A DNA stretch of 63,194 nucleotides, filler included, from Sphacelaria rigidula (GCA_964200075.2; 5 parts of 5 records of this genome joined end to end with filler, not necessarily neighbours in it), one strand, 5' to 3'. Shown: positions 24,590 through 38,100, counted from the whole stretch's first letter. The notes: generated by a model from the letters alone, not told the origin. Program-made: numbers and translations.

Positions 24590-24676
24590 ATATATATATA
24601 TATATATATATATAACAGGTTCCCCTTCGGCAGGTTGGTACGGGCCTCCCGGGGGTGACGCAAGTCGAAAATATAT
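24590..24676 (-). repeat. S2 repeat copy with (TA)n tail
   Basis: Reverse complement of 21513-21574 abutting a (TA)n run. Confidence 0.75.
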
Positions 24677-25220
24677 GGATAAGGTAGGCTGTTGTATCTC
24701 AATGTACAGTAGTACTCGTGGCTGTACAAACATCGCATGTGTTTTCGAATGGTGGCTCCGGATAAGGTTGACCAACTTGAGCAACACAGATGGAAGATTG
24801 TACAATTATTGGGCGACAATAATTTTGACATGTGTGGCATATGCGTAGCTGCTCATCAGCTGTGCACGTTGTGCGTGACCTTATTCCTCAAATCTGTTCA
24901 GAATTTATTGACAGATGATGATTTGTTTGAGGCCGCTTCCCATAGACAGATAAAAGTCTCTGAGATAAGTCATTCCGGAATACTTTTCTCGGAGATTTTT
25001 CAGTGAAATCAGTTTTCAAAACTCCACCTTACGGGGTATAGTCTGTTGAAAATCCTGGGGATTTGTACACCCGAGGCCATCATCACGCCTGCGTGCGGAC
25101 GGTGGTATCTATAGTGGTCATCATTTGCATTTTATGATCGTCCAACCTGCGGTGAACTAATTCGTAAATAATTGGGCAATGGCCTAGAAAAGGTATACCT
25201 TCTCGTTTTTTGCCTAGGAA

Positions 25221-25320
25221 NNNNNNNNNNNNNNNNNNNNNNNNNNNNNNNNNNNNNNNNNNNNTTAATTAATTAANNNNNNNNNNNNNNNNNNNNNNNN
25301 NNNNNNNNNNNNNNNNNNNN
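25221..25320. other. Artificial contig linker
   Basis: Same 100-nt linker. Confidence 0.97.
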
Positions 25321-28300
25321 TTCTTAGACTCCGCCGCGTCTTCATTTTGGGGGTGGTGGTGGGAAACGTGACACTAACCCCCGGCGAAACACTGGCTGCC
25401 AGAGCTGCTGCTTTGCCTGATTTAGTGACACCGTGGAGTCTGTAAACTCAATAAAACATAAACTCTAACCAATGAAATACGGGGGAAACTATGAATCAAA
25501 ACCGCAGTCAACTTCTGGGACAGATCCCGGTCAACTTTGTTTACCAAATCGTACAAGTTTGCGATGGATCTTCACAAAAGACGGCATATGAAATGCATAT
25601 ATTTCAATAATGCTGCAGTCATTTTCCATCATATTATCTGAAACTCGGGTGCCTCCAGTTTTCCCCCTCTGAATTGTTACATAACATGTTGTTAGAGCAT
25701 TATTTGATCTAGGATGAAAACACACTATCTAAATCTTTCGGTTGCATTATGAGAAGTCCCCCACAAAATGAGTGATATTTTTACATGCGTGATCGCCCCG
25801 CCCCGTAAGCCCCAATCTTCAATTCTCTGGTCGCGGGTCTGGATGGCTTAATGAAATAACAAATAACCGCGACTTGAGCACCAATCCCGAATCTGGCGGG
25901 ACCCGGATCTGTGCCAAATCGGGGGGACCCAGATTCGTGAAACTCGGATTCGTGTGTACCCCTGTCGACCCCTGCATATGGCTTCACAGATTTGTTGAGA
26001 TTGTTCAAGCAGGTCGAGTAGGGTATACTCAATTGCGGGGTATTTTGAAGGACGTACTTAAGGTACTCTAATTTGGGTCGAGTGTTGGGAGCCGTACCCG
26101 AAAAATAACTGGGGAGCGATCCCTAATAAAACCCTACCCCCAGTTTGTGTACTTGAAGTTCGACTTTCAAAATACCCCGCAGTTGAGTATACTCTACTCG
26201 ACCTGCCCTTGAAATTGTTCTGTACACGAACGGTCATTTTCTGGGCGGGTGTGGTATGCAAAATATATATGTAGTTTTTGTACACGAACGTCGGGGTGCC
26301 CCTGCTGCCGGTGGCCACGGGGAGCTGTGCCGCTTTAATTTAAATTTAATTTGTTTATTGTGTTTGGGAATTGTTGGGGTGGTTTGGGATGGATTATTCA
26401 TTTTTGGGTAACAGAGAAGACAAAAGCTTTGCCCGCTACTGCATGCGCACATATTTCATATTTCACTTTGGCACTTGCCTACCGCACCGCTCATCCTTGC
26501 CCCGCTTCTCGCACTCTGCGCTCTTTTCCCCGCGTGACTTGACTTGTTTGCATCCTCCTCTCCTCACGGAGAGACTCTCCTCACGGAGAGTCTGCTTCTG
26601 CACATTACAGATGAATGGTTTTCGACTCGCTCACCGCTTTCAGTGGACAAAATACTCGTGTGATATACTGTCTGTGACTTGTATGACTCAGGTGAAATGA
26701 GTAGAATTGTTTGGGGATGGATGGTTGTATTTTAATTTTTGGACAAGGGATATCAACTCATTTTAAATTTGATTGCTGTTTGAGAGTAGGTGAGGTTGTT
26801 GGTCATTGATTACGGTCGGTTGTGAGTGGTTGGGGTTGAATTATTGTTTTTCGGGAAAAGGGACAAAACAACAATACAGTACGCAAAATTCACTTAGTAT
26901 ATTCGGTGATCGGACCAAAATCTCAAGTCGGACTACGTTTCCCCTCGATTCACGGTATTACTGCGGCAGCGAGACTCTGGCCTTGACCGTGGAAATGCCC
27001 ACTGAATTTTGTCGTCTGTGTGAACCCATGGCACGGCACGACAGCGCGGCACACGGCACGGTTCTGTTGACTCACATATATCATACGTATGCAAACCAAA
27101 TTTACAGCATTGTTTTTGAAATCGTAATGAAGCAAGAATGCCTCATTATAAACGACAGTGCCGGCACCCCCCGCAGTGCAGTCAAGGTGCAGTAACAAAG
27201 AACCGGAAATTGGCCAAGGTCTGCAGCGGGAGGTGTCCAGAGAAACATAACAGCAACCAGCGCTGCAACCGGTAACCGTAAACAAGGAGCGAGAGACGCA
27301 GAGAGCAATGCCCCAATCGAATACCGCTACGGAGGTGGTGGGCAAGAGCTGGAATGGGCTGCGAGCGGTGTGGCGAGGGAGCCTGTGCGGCGGACCGGAT
27401 GGCGGCAGGATAATCGTGGGCGTGTGCGCACGAGAGAAGAAGGCTAAGTCCAAGCATATGGAGGCCATAACCTCGAGGCTCAACCCGGAGAAGTTTGAGG
27501 TACTGCTGAATTGCGTTGCACTGCTGTACGGGGGCTGAGAGCTTGATATTACGTACTATCGGAATGTGGTGTTTCAGTTTTGAGAGAGGTAGCGGTGACT
27601 ACTGTGCATCGTGCCCACTCTACAGGACAACAACGGTACTGCCACACACCTGTGCTACGTACAGTAGTACAGACTACTGCGTGCTACCTTCCTGTACGTT
27701 GTAATGCACTGTTTGTGCCGTTGTTGCATAATGTCCCGTGGACTTTAGTGTCGATATTGTACTGACTTTACTGTCTGTACTCTACTGTCGTAGCCTGTCC
27801 AGCTACCGGATGCGCCAGCCCGGTACAGCTGTGGTCACACGGTCACGAACGTACTGTTGTTCAAGTTTCAAACGTTGTATGGTGGTCCAAGACCTCAGGA
27901 CTGCGCCACGGTAACATTTTTGCACTGTAAGTTGTGGTGACTAAAATGTGGTAGTGTTAGTGGTCCATGATATAGGCAATACCGAAGAGGATGATTCCCT
28001 TGGCCGCAGCCGTGTTATTGCACCACCACTGCTGTCTCACAAGACTGCACTGCCCCTGTAGAACCTGTAGCGCGTGAGAGTGCGTGCTTTGTGCTTAGGT
28101 CGCGCGTGTTGTTCGAAGCCGTTCAGATCGACGAGGTCGACATACAAGAGACAGTGTAGTGTAGTAACCTAGTAGACATCCGTTAACTATCCCATATCTT
28201 CGGTACAAGTTGTACCCCTGCGGTGGGTTGGAACGGCTTTTCCTTGGCCTTCTCACGCTCTGTACATGAATCTACAGTAGGGCTGAGGGTTTGCGGTAGA

Positions 28301-28640
28301 CAGTCGGTGAAGTCCATCCATTCTCGCGGTCGTGAGACACTTTGTGCAGCGAACGATGAATCAACCCAGAAGCAATCATCACGTACAACAGTGCTGTAAA
28401 GTCTGGTGCAATAGCACGATATTTCACAACCATGGGTATTTCCGTGTAGGCTTGGCGCTCAGCCTACGTTTTCAGCCTTGACCAATCGATACCCTTGAAC
28501 CGCTTCGTGGTGCCAAACCAAGCCCTATGTAGAAGGCGGCCAGGGTGAAGAAGCGGCTTGCAGGAAAAGCTTGACTTGGAAGCCCGCTCAGAATGACTTG
28601 AAGATGACCGGTGTATTGGTTGGGGTTCGGAATTATTTAC

Positions 28641-28820
28641 TTCAAGTACTGCTCGATAAATATACCTGGGGTCAAACTTGGGCGACATTCCGCTGGGGTT
28701 GGATTTTTTTTGCGATTGAATCCTGTCTCCGAGATATCTCCCAATGGACTGACTGGAGCAGTCAGTCTCTCCGCGGATAGATGTGATGGCCGAAATCATG
28801 TTGACCAGTTTTGTGCACGG
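28641..28820 (-). CDS. Candidate exon with linker-histone H1/H5 globular (H15) winged-helix-like motif
   Basis: MISAITSIRGETDCSSQSIGRYL fits the H15 pattern AIxxLxxxxGSSxxAIxKYI in register. Helix-3-like FDPRYIYRAVLE, then a possible donor GAA|GTAAAT. Confidence 0.4.
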
Positions 28821-30113
28821 CAGTTGCTGGTGGATTGTGCCCCCGACCTCACTGCTGCCAGCCCTCGCTGGGGGCGGGGACACAGGGGTGGTGGATCATG
28901 CCATGGCCGCATCGCTCAGGCATCGCGTCTACGTCGCTTCCCTCGCTTTCCACGTTGGTGTTCTTTCATGTGCGTTTGTCAGGGGTCGGGTGTGTGCCGA
29001 AACCTAGGCTGGATGAAGTCGGAGAGTTCCCGTCCGTTTTCAATTGTAATACCAAGTCCGCGAAAGCAAATGTTTGTTCGTCTCCATCACAGTACAGTAT
29101 CAAGTGAAGTCGATTTATCCTCGGAGACCTGAGCTACTCTCAACCCAACGTCTTCAATGTGTCCACAGCAGTGGCATCGGTGTCGTGGAATGGTTTCGAA
29201 GAATCAACTATGAGACCTGCTAAATTTTGATCGCTGCCTGCTTGGTCTTCGTCTTCTGTGCGACTAGGTGTGGTTGGTTGACCCTGTGACCGTGAGGGTA
29301 GGTCACCTGCTGAATCGGCATCAATATTCGCTCGAAAAAGTGCACGTGATCCAGATGAACTACCAGCATCGCGGTCTACGGGTTCGGCATCTGCCGGGGG
29401 AAAAAAGCACACTGTTGTACTATAGCAGCGTGATTGAACATCATGACATGATGTAGCGAGATCCCCGGGCTCAAAAGGGTTCATCTGGTTCTATCTTGAT
29501 TTTATTACATGCCCAAGTTCCCCGCTCTTGAGCCCATGTTGATGATGAAACACTGGATGAGAAAACGTGCGGTTTCGTCGTCATTGCTACGAGCTGGGCC
29601 GGCAGTAAACCCAGCATTCTCTGTCGTCACCACAACTCTTCGAGTTTCCCAAAACAGCACGACCTGAGCATATCGCTGTGAACTGCAGACTAACCTGGTA
29701 ACATAAGGCACCGCCGCTGCTCGATTGGTACACTTTTGGCGATGATGTTATTGTACTGCATTGAGTACCGAGTACGTCCCAATTCTTCGTGCCGTACCGT
29801 GTCTGGAGACGTTTCGTTTCATAAAATGCGGTGGAATTACGATAGACCGTTGCGCCGTGTAGGCACACGCACACCTGACATGCCCAGGCAAGAGCACATT
29901 GGTCGTGTTGCAATATGGCATCAAGCTCGTCATTAGCTCCACAATGGGAGAGAACTGCCAAGCCAACTGTCTTATATCACCGCACGAGCGAGAAGTACTA
30001 CTTGAAGCTGCGCTATACCCCCCCAAAAGCAAGACCATAACCAAAACATCGAGACCCCTTGCAACCCAGGGGTACGAGAGAGATGCACGATTAGCGTGCA
30101 CACAAAACGTTTT

Positions 30114-30185
30114 TGTCGTGTCTGGATTCGAACTCGTGACCTGTGTCATTTGAGGCTGTTGTATCAGTTTGCCCACCGGGGTCAC
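30114..30185 (-). ncRNA. tRNA-derived Pol III head (SINE-like), not an intact tRNA
   Basis: Minus-strand B box GTTCGAATCC with a weak upstream A-box-like GGTGGGCAAACTG at tRNA-like spacing. No full cloverleaf. Confidence 0.45.
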
Positions 30186-30968
30186 ACAAAAAGTGCCACC
30201 CGAAGCCCAATTTTACGTGTTTTTGGCTGAAATTTTACAATGGTGTGGTTGACGCGAGTGCCCTTATGTGCCGCAGCGTTGTCATCGTTTTTATCAGATG
30301 TTGAGGATGTAAAAGCATTTTTCCTGTTTTTGCTGAAACTTCAACTCGCTCTAACTTCCGTTTTTTTTTCTTCTTCTGCACCTCTCACAGGGTTGCGCAG
30401 ATTAATGATACAAATATCGTGTCAAAATTTCAGCGCCTAAGTCTTCGAGTTGCCAAAAGCATCTCCACTCTTCGTTTGAAAATCACTGATTGCCGGCCCA
30501 GCTCGTATCCTTCGTGGTTGCCAAGATAATTAATTACACGGAGCAAACCACGGAATAGCAGGGCGATCGCACCCTATTCGACTGTGATCGCCGTGGATCA
30601 ATCGGTGCGGCTTAACGCGTCAGAGACCGAGACTGTCGACATTACCGTTTCGAGACGATGAGGCTCTCTGAGAGTTGAGGGATGCAATTTACTTAACCCC
30701 CCTACCTCCGGAGCCCTCAGATGGACCCTAGCTAGACACCCCAAAACGTGTGAAAATCCTCGGCTACGCCCAGAGTGAAGACGCCATATTTCGTCATTAG
30801 AGAGTTTCGGGAAACGTTTTTTTATCATTCCAGAGTGCAAATATATCAGGATCAGAGTGTAGAATAGAAGAAGTACACCTGATCGAAAAAAGTGAAGGGG
30901 ATACTACACTTGATGGAGGGGGAAACAATTTTTCTTTACCCTCTGATCTCGAGATATATGCACTCTGA

Positions 30969-32236
30969 GGCTTCTTATGCATGAAAGAATTAAACTTGCT
31001 GAAAAGTGCATTTTTTATCCGTCTCTGTCGTTTGTCCCCCGAAAAGAGGGCTAGGCGGATGTCGACACCTTGGAATGACTTGCTCTATTCGCTGAGACCG
31101 TTCCAGAGCGAGCACCTTTGCGTTTTCCGTAGGTCACAGTTTCTTTCTTGGCCGAACATGCATTTTCAACAACAAACGGTCAAGTTATCGAAAAATATGG
31201 CGGTTTTCCCAAGGGTGTGTGAAAAAGATATCCCTGGACCCACACTCACTTTTTTCCATTTTGGGCCGATTGGGGGGGAGAGGGGGTGGTAGCACTGTTG
31301 GGACCGTGTCCGGGCAGGCAGGTTCCGGTTCTATACTAAATCCTAGATACTCAATGCAACCAAGCGGGATGGCAGGTTCCGGTTCTATACTAAATCCTAT
31401 ATACTTGATGCAACCAAGCGGGCTGGCAGGCTCCGGTTCTACACTAAATCCTATATACTTGATGCAATCAAGCGGGCTGGCAGGTTCTGGTTATATGCTA
31501 AATCCTATATACTTGATGCAACCAAGCTCAACCACAAGTTACTTGGTTTTAAAACGGGTTAAACGGGGGAGAAGATTCACTTCACTTGCAGAGCACGCCC
31601 AAGCACAAGCAGCACAAAACAAAACAGTCGCGGTCTCGGCAAGTCTTGGTTTGGTGTTGGGCTAGATTTACGCTGTGTACGCGGACATGAACCGCTTGAT
31701 CCATTGCTCGATGCAACCTGATCGTGAATCCTAGCAAAACCCAAGTGAGTCAGATGACTAGAGTTCGGCAATCTAACACCAGAACACGCAGAGCCAAGGA
31801 TTTTTCGCAAAAACGCGGCGAGACTAATTAGTTGGGGCAAAAAATCGAGGCGGGGGAGGGGGGCAGTTGCGACAAACCACAAACCCCTCACCCGTCTGTG
31901 ACCGCAGCAACCACTGCGACGGCCGCACTAATGTGGCTGAGGGGGTGTAGCCGGAGGATCTGCGTTATTTATTTGGCGTAATTATTTTTACTTTCTTGGT
32001 TTTCCCCATGTTTTTCGATAACTTGACCGTTTGTTGTTGAAAATGCATGTTCGGCCAAGAACGAAACTGTGACCTACGGAAAACGCAAAGGTGCTCTGGA
32101 ACGGTCTCAGCGAATAGAGCAAGTCATTCCAAGGTGTCACCATCCGTCTAGCCCTCTTTTCGGGGGGAAAACGACGGAGAAAGGCCAAAAATGCGCTTTT
32201 CAACAAGTTTCATTTTTCTATACATAAGAAGTAGCC
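30969..32236. mobile_element. Non-autonomous PIF/Harbinger-like element with ~230-bp TIRs and TGA target duplication
   Basis: 30969-31200 mirrors 32003-32236, with GGC termini and TGA at 30966-30968 and 32237-32239. Confidence 0.8.
31311..31527. repeat. Four-copy 54-bp minisatellite inside the TIR element
   Basis: GGCAGG(T/C)TC units at 31317, 31371, 31425 and 31479. Confidence 0.95.
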
Positions 32237-32239
32237 TGA

Positions 32240-34139
32240 GGCCGTGTCTGATTTATTTTTTTCGACTGGAAAACATGAAGTCGAATCGAATTGATCGCTA
32301 TGAGGCCGTATGAGATACGTCCCCGGCATTTATGTTCTCAGATACCTTCAAGTCCATTTTTTAATTAGTTGCGCGCGACGGCCAAGGTTAAAGACAGGAA
32401 AGCTCAGCTTTTTTGCGCGAAACGAGCGGCGGAATGAACGAAAGGGCACGGAACTCATGTGTTGCTGACAACCGTGCCAGATAGTACCCCTTCACAGAAT
32501 TACGCCAACCCATATGGTTCATTCGCAGGAAGCTACCCACTTAACCCTGCGACATAGATCACGAACTGAGCGCAGGGATGCATACACCGCGATGATGGGA
32601 AACCGACACCACCGCACTCTCGGCATGATGTGTTTCTTCTTGTTGGCGAAAACTTGGGCATCTAATTTCGTGGCAGGGTCCACCGACTGAAGACCTGTCT
32701 TAGCACTTTTCCTTTCGATTAAAATAATGGGGCGGTGGAATCGATTTGAGCGAAATTTTCTCGTTATGATGCAGTTGGGTCCAGATGGATTTTCACGCTT
32801 TTGATCGAAAAAAGGCCGTGAAATTCGTGAAACGGTAGATGGTCACTCGTGTGTAGTACAGACAGTCTGTACTGTCTGCACTGCTTACAACCAAGGTGTC
32901 TTGAGTGCGTGTGTGCGTGTGTCGTGCAAGGGGATATAAAGGAGAAGCGGGCAACGTGCAGTGCAGACAGCCCAGGACTACCAATTCTCTCTGCTTACAA
33001 TGCGACGTGAAAAGGACTTCAGCAACGTGCAGCTTTGTACTACCTGCACTGTTGTCCATGTGCGTGCACGCAACTCGATTGCCCACCGTACCACGCAGTT
33101 CGTCGCTGATGCCTACCATGAGAGAAGATGCGCAAGTTTTCGCAGACAAGAAATAAACAACGCACACCCGTGACTACTGCAGTGTATTTATTCCTGTGCT
33201 CAACTCGCGCTCTATGCTGCAGGGTTGCGGTGGTAGCTGAGAATGAGTTGGATGGAGTTTGCATGGTCATGTGAACAGGTGTTATTTGGCGTGGTGGTCT
33301 GTAAGATAGGAGTCGAGTGCCGCTTCGTGCCTTTCGACCGCATGTTTCCGATCGAAAACAATTGTTTTTTGCCTCGTTGCATTCTTCTCCGCGCGCTGCT
33401 AATTATAATTTTGAGTTGAATGAAGCCTTCAGGGAACATGAATGCGGTGGACCTATCAGATCGGCAAAAAAAAATCGACCGCACTTTTTCGATCGGAAAA
33501 AAAGTGCTACAGTAAGACACACGCCCTGAGTTGCGTGTTGGGGTGGGCGATCGAATTGCCAACGCGCACATGGACAGTAGAGGAAGTGCAAAACTGCTCG
33601 TGGTTCAAATCTGCTTCGCATCCTCCTGTATGCAGAGACTCAGAGAGCTGTGCTGTCTGTATGTCGCGTTGCCCGCTTATTTTCTTCCTTTCCACATCGC
33701 GCCTGCATAATGTGCGAAACACACACTATCTACATGACAGTAGTACAGGCCGCCACTGTCGTACAGTCTGTACTGTCTGTACCGTGCTATGTATATATTT
33801 AAAAGTGCCGCTTCACCAGTTTCACTTAGCCTTTTCGATTCTAAGGCCGTGTCTTATTAAACCGTTTTCGACTCGAAAACGTACGGTGAAATCGAATTTG
33901 CTCTCACCTGATACGTCCACGGCATCCATGTTCTCAACCATCTGAGAAAAGAAAAGAAAGCGTGGGCGAATCAGAAACGAGGGAAATCGATTCGACCGCA
34001 GGTTTTCGACTCGAAAACAATTTGATAAGACACGGCCTGAGCGTGCAAATTCGCTCGGACCCAAACACAGCAAAGCGAACCGAATCAGTTCCGCCGCACG
34101 AACTCGTTCGAGTCGAGAAAAAATTGATGAGACACGGGC
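32240..34139. mobile_element. Nested Harbinger/Tourist-like MITE and foldback mosaic with GGCCGTGTCT termini
   Basis: TGA|GGCCGTGTCT at 32240 and GACACGG(G/C)C|TGA at 34037 and 34139. Inner MITE 33845-34037, inner inverted arms about 32800-33100 versus 33520-33845. 32240-32440 recurs inverted at 50220-50418. Confidence 0.7.
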
Positions 34140-34141
34140 TG

Positions 34142-34462
34142 AGACCAACTTCTATGGCAACCAATCTCGATTTTTACAAATGTGAGGAATTCAGCCAGTC
34201 TACAGGCGATTTTCTCCCGTGGATTGATTTTTCGAACCCCAGTCTGTTGGGCAATGTTTTTCGGCTAGCTCTGAGGAAACCACATCAATTCTCCGATTCT
34301 CTGGTCGTTTACTCATGGTATACCGCTTTCCTGAAAGCGGGAGACTCCCGCTCGCCGAGCTGGGGTCCGAAAAATCATTTCACGGAAGAAAATTGTCTGT
34401 AGACGGGCTGAAATCGTCATATTTGTAAAAATCGAGATCGGCTGCTATGAAAATTGTGGTCT
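34142..34462. mobile_element. MITE with ~65-bp TIRs
   Basis: AGACCA..ATGGCAACCAATCTCGATTTTTACAAAT..TTCAGCC.GTCTACAG mirrored at 34397-34462. A related end at about 35747-35812. Confidence 0.7.
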
Positions 34463-35819
34463 TGGATGACAAAAACGCGTTTTCCGAAATTCTGTATTAT
34501 AGTGAAAAGGTTCGGAACTCCGGATTTCTACCAAAGGGGGTGTTATCGGGAGTAAGTGGGTGGTATCGGAATACCCTAAAACGAAGATAATCACAAATAT
34601 ACAGAGCACTCACTACTTGAATCCGGCATTTTTACAAGCTGGAAGTGAAGCTCAAATCGAGCACCGAGTTTAACGTGCGTCCAACATCACATCTGCCCAG
34701 CTTCCCCTGGCTGACGACCGTCCCTAGTGCAACTTCGAGTGGATGAGGGTGTTGACGCGAAACACAACGCGGTGTGTTGTCCTGTATTCTTCAAAGCGAT
34801 CCTCAGGTGTTCGAAGTTGTCGCTTTGTCGCACAATACGTCGCCCGAGTGAAGCACAGACGAGCAGTGGCTTCCTGCCAGCGGCTGTTAGGTCAACATCA
34901 CTCAGTTCCTTTGCACGACCGCATGCATCGCGGTGCCACAAAATAGTAGTACATCTACGGTCGACGGACGGCTGATTACTGTATGCACACGATCGTTTAT
35001 ATCCCATGCTGACAGTACAGTTTAGAGGTGCTAATCGGGGCCCCCAAAAGTGTCCCAGTTATTCGATATCACTCCTGCCGTAGACAACGCATATATATAC
35101 ATATACATATATTGAAGAAAAAAATCCGGGAATGCTCCACGTTGAACACTCGATTTTGTATTCCGCACCTTTGATGGATAAGTCGTGCGTTCAGGCGAGG
35201 CTATCCCTGATGACTCTACATACACCTCCAGACCGTTAAAAAGGCGCCGGCAGCACTGGCTGTTGACTCGTGCTTTTTAAGAGTAACTCTCGAAACCTGA
35301 AGAGAAAAAAAAAATCAGTATTTTTCCGGTTTGTTCTGCTGAACGCGGGACGTTCCCTGAAATAGCCACCGCAGCGTTCTGCATTCGGATCTGAAGCACA
35401 CAACACAAAAATCAGTGCTCGGATCGTACACGTCGCCGAGGAGAACCGGGCTGGCAAAGTCCGCTCCTTGATGGAGTGTCCCGCACAACTGACGAATAGA
35501 GGGGGCTGAGGCGGAGATCTCGGAGGGGAGGTTAGATGCGGAGCAACTTTGGTTCGTGGCGGGTGTGTGTTTGTGCGTATTCGTCATGGACTTCTTGTAC
35601 GGAGTAACTTACTTGGCTTCGATATGTGCGTGCGTGTGCGTGTGCGTGTGTATGCGTTTGTAATCCAACCCTTGTTATCTGATTCGCTCGATTCTTCCCT
35701 CAGGAAGATCTGCGACACTTGTTGAAGAAAAATCCCAGCGTCTCTACGACCATTTTTTCATGGCAACCAATCCGTATTTGAACAAATATGAGGACTTCAG
35801 CTCCTCTACACGGAAGGAA

Positions 35820-36075
35820 CTCCCGTGTACTCATGATCATGCATGCCATAGTCACAAGAGCATTGACCTCGCATCCCTACAAAGCCGACGAAGCACCGGG
35901 GTTTTTCGCCGAACCAGGCTCGCACTCAATCACCAAGCGCGAAGCGCGGTGGTTTGTTCGGCGAGTCGCATGAAGGGTGAGCTGCATCCTGCTGAGACTG
36001 TTCGGCCCGAAACCTGCTGAATATCTTGTATTTGGATGACAGCCTCCAATTAGATGCTTCATTTTCTGCTACTGG
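35820..36075 (+). mobile_element. S1 retroposon copy 3 (3'-truncated)
   Basis: Aligns with 16575-16825. Confidence 0.75.
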
Positions 36076-36214
36076 CAAGCCATGGTGCATTTGTATTTTG
36101 TGGTCGCAGTTCATCGTTCGTTACAATATTTTTGTTTCCGGATGTCGTGCAATGAAACGAGCTAACTTTGACACATATCCGCTAGATCACTTCGGGGTGT
36201 TGTGAGCATGTGCT

Positions 36215-36460
36215 GCATCCTGTTCGGAACACCCTGCATCATGCAATTGGAAATTGGTAGTGGGGATTGGCATTCGACAGTTCCACATCAAGCGTCCCAC
36301 CGTATTTTAGTGACACTTTCTTCTTTTATCCTTCTCCTCATTCGAGGCGACCTAGAGTACTGTAGGTCTACTGCCTCATTCGACCGACCAGCGATCGACC
36401 TACACGTTGTGATCAATTGACGGAAAACCCCGTAACCACGAGGTACCGACGAAGTAGACG
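36215..36460 (+). repeat. Dispersed repeat shared with 49880-50075
   Basis: Shared TGGGGATTGGC.TTCGA...CATCAAGCGTCCCACCGTA...CCTCATTCGA core. Confidence 0.6.
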
Positions 36461-37879
36461 GGATAAGAATAAGCAGTAGTCAGCTAGTGACTAGCCGAGG
36501 GCAAACCCGTTCCTCAAGTGCGATCGCACCACCACAGAACGCCAGACCTACACTGAACAAATCGACCGAAACACGTAAGACCGAGCATGAAGCTATGCAC
36601 CGCTGCTTCACGCGTCATGGACGCAAACCATTTTTCTCGACGCCTTCGAAGCGCCCTCTATCTCAATTGATGCTCCATATCCCTCTGCAAGTTGCCACGT
36701 GCTACGCAAGAAATCCGATAGCTCAACGTGCTCAGGGCTCAGCGAGTCACGAGTCTTCGTCACCGCATTCCCTGCTCATGAAAACAGGCGCTCTACAATA
36801 GTAGTACAAGTAGTAAGCATATGTGTTAAAAACTGACCATACTAAAATTGGTAAACGCAACAACGGCGCGCCCTCTTCGCCAGTTCCAGCTTAATCGACA
36901 GTATTAACTGGTCGAGCTCACAGCCCTGAAAGGAGGCAGTTTCATGAGTGACACAAACACGAACGGCCGTTTCTGCGGTTTTGATTGGAGTATGATGTCG
37001 CAAGGAAAATCAATATCATGGTCACTCGGGATATTCATTATGCTATCAATTCGGAATTGATTCCCGGTATCCCGCACAAATCGACGAAATAATGCTGGCA
37101 ACTCGACCCCCTGGGCACCAGACCTCATTTCGGAACAATATCGACGACTGACCTTGAACCCTGATAACCCCGATACTTGACAAGTAACTGGCCAGCTATT
37201 CTCTCCGTTTTATTAGCATCAATTCAAATAGCAACATGTCTTGTTGCTCTGCGTGATTCCCAACCGCAAATCTTGCCAAGTGTTCCACCAGTGCAGTTGT
37301 CCTTCGCATGTTTTCAGGGGTCGAGCGAAGGTCGATATCGGGCATCTCGCGGACGTTCGAAAGGGATTGAGCGTCATTGCTAATTGTTCCGTAATATTTC
37401 CCGCTGCCATTCCCGCAAACTTCTCAGTGTGGAAATAGGACGCGTGGTGAATGTGGTGGTTGGGAAGGGATCCCCGAGAAGTTGTCAGCTTCGTCCTACA
37501 GGATAACATTCGTCGAAGGATTGTTGAGTGTGTGACTCCCGTGCCGATAATTGCACGGTTAAGGCAAATCAAATCGTGAGTCAACTCAGAGTCATCATTT
37601 CAACGAATGAATCATACGGTTCGTACATCATTTGTATTTCATACAGCTTCTCAGCTCGTGCGTGGTGCAGTATATCCCGAAGGTACCCGCTTCATATCTT
37701 CCATGAATACCGGAGTAAATAATGGGCACATAGTCAACCCTGCACTGCAAGTTTGGATGCATCGATGGTACATGTCACGCGCTTATTATTATCGTGAGTC
37801 GGGGACGTCATGTACAACTTGCTTGACCAACTCGTTAGAGGTGAGCGCACGTACATTTTTCCCACCTTCGGGCTAATGC

Positions 37880-37979
37880 NNNNNNNNNNNNNNNNNNNNN
37901 NNNNNNNNNNNNNNNNNNNNNNNTTAATTAATTAANNNNNNNNNNNNNNNNNNNNNNNNNNNNNNNNNNNNNNNNNNNN
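37880..37979. other. Artificial contig linker
   Basis: Same 100-nt linker. Confidence 0.97.
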
Positions 37980-38100
37980 GTTCGAACAACCGTTGCTGCT
38001 TTCAACGACGATCTGACTCGAAATTTCGAGCAACAAACAAATGGCCCAAAATACCCCCCCCCCTATCGTAGGATGACTCGAAAGATCGTGTCTTGCCGAC

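Noticed and set aside
21513..24676. S2 copies as TIRs of one 3.1-kb transposon
   Set aside because: The (TA)n tail faces inward, there is no target duplication, and the span would overlap the 19181-22046 element without nesting
31219..31665. 148-aa ORF with 18-aa repeats
   Set aside because: Open only because the 54-bp unit lacks stops in that frame, and it lies in a non-autonomous element
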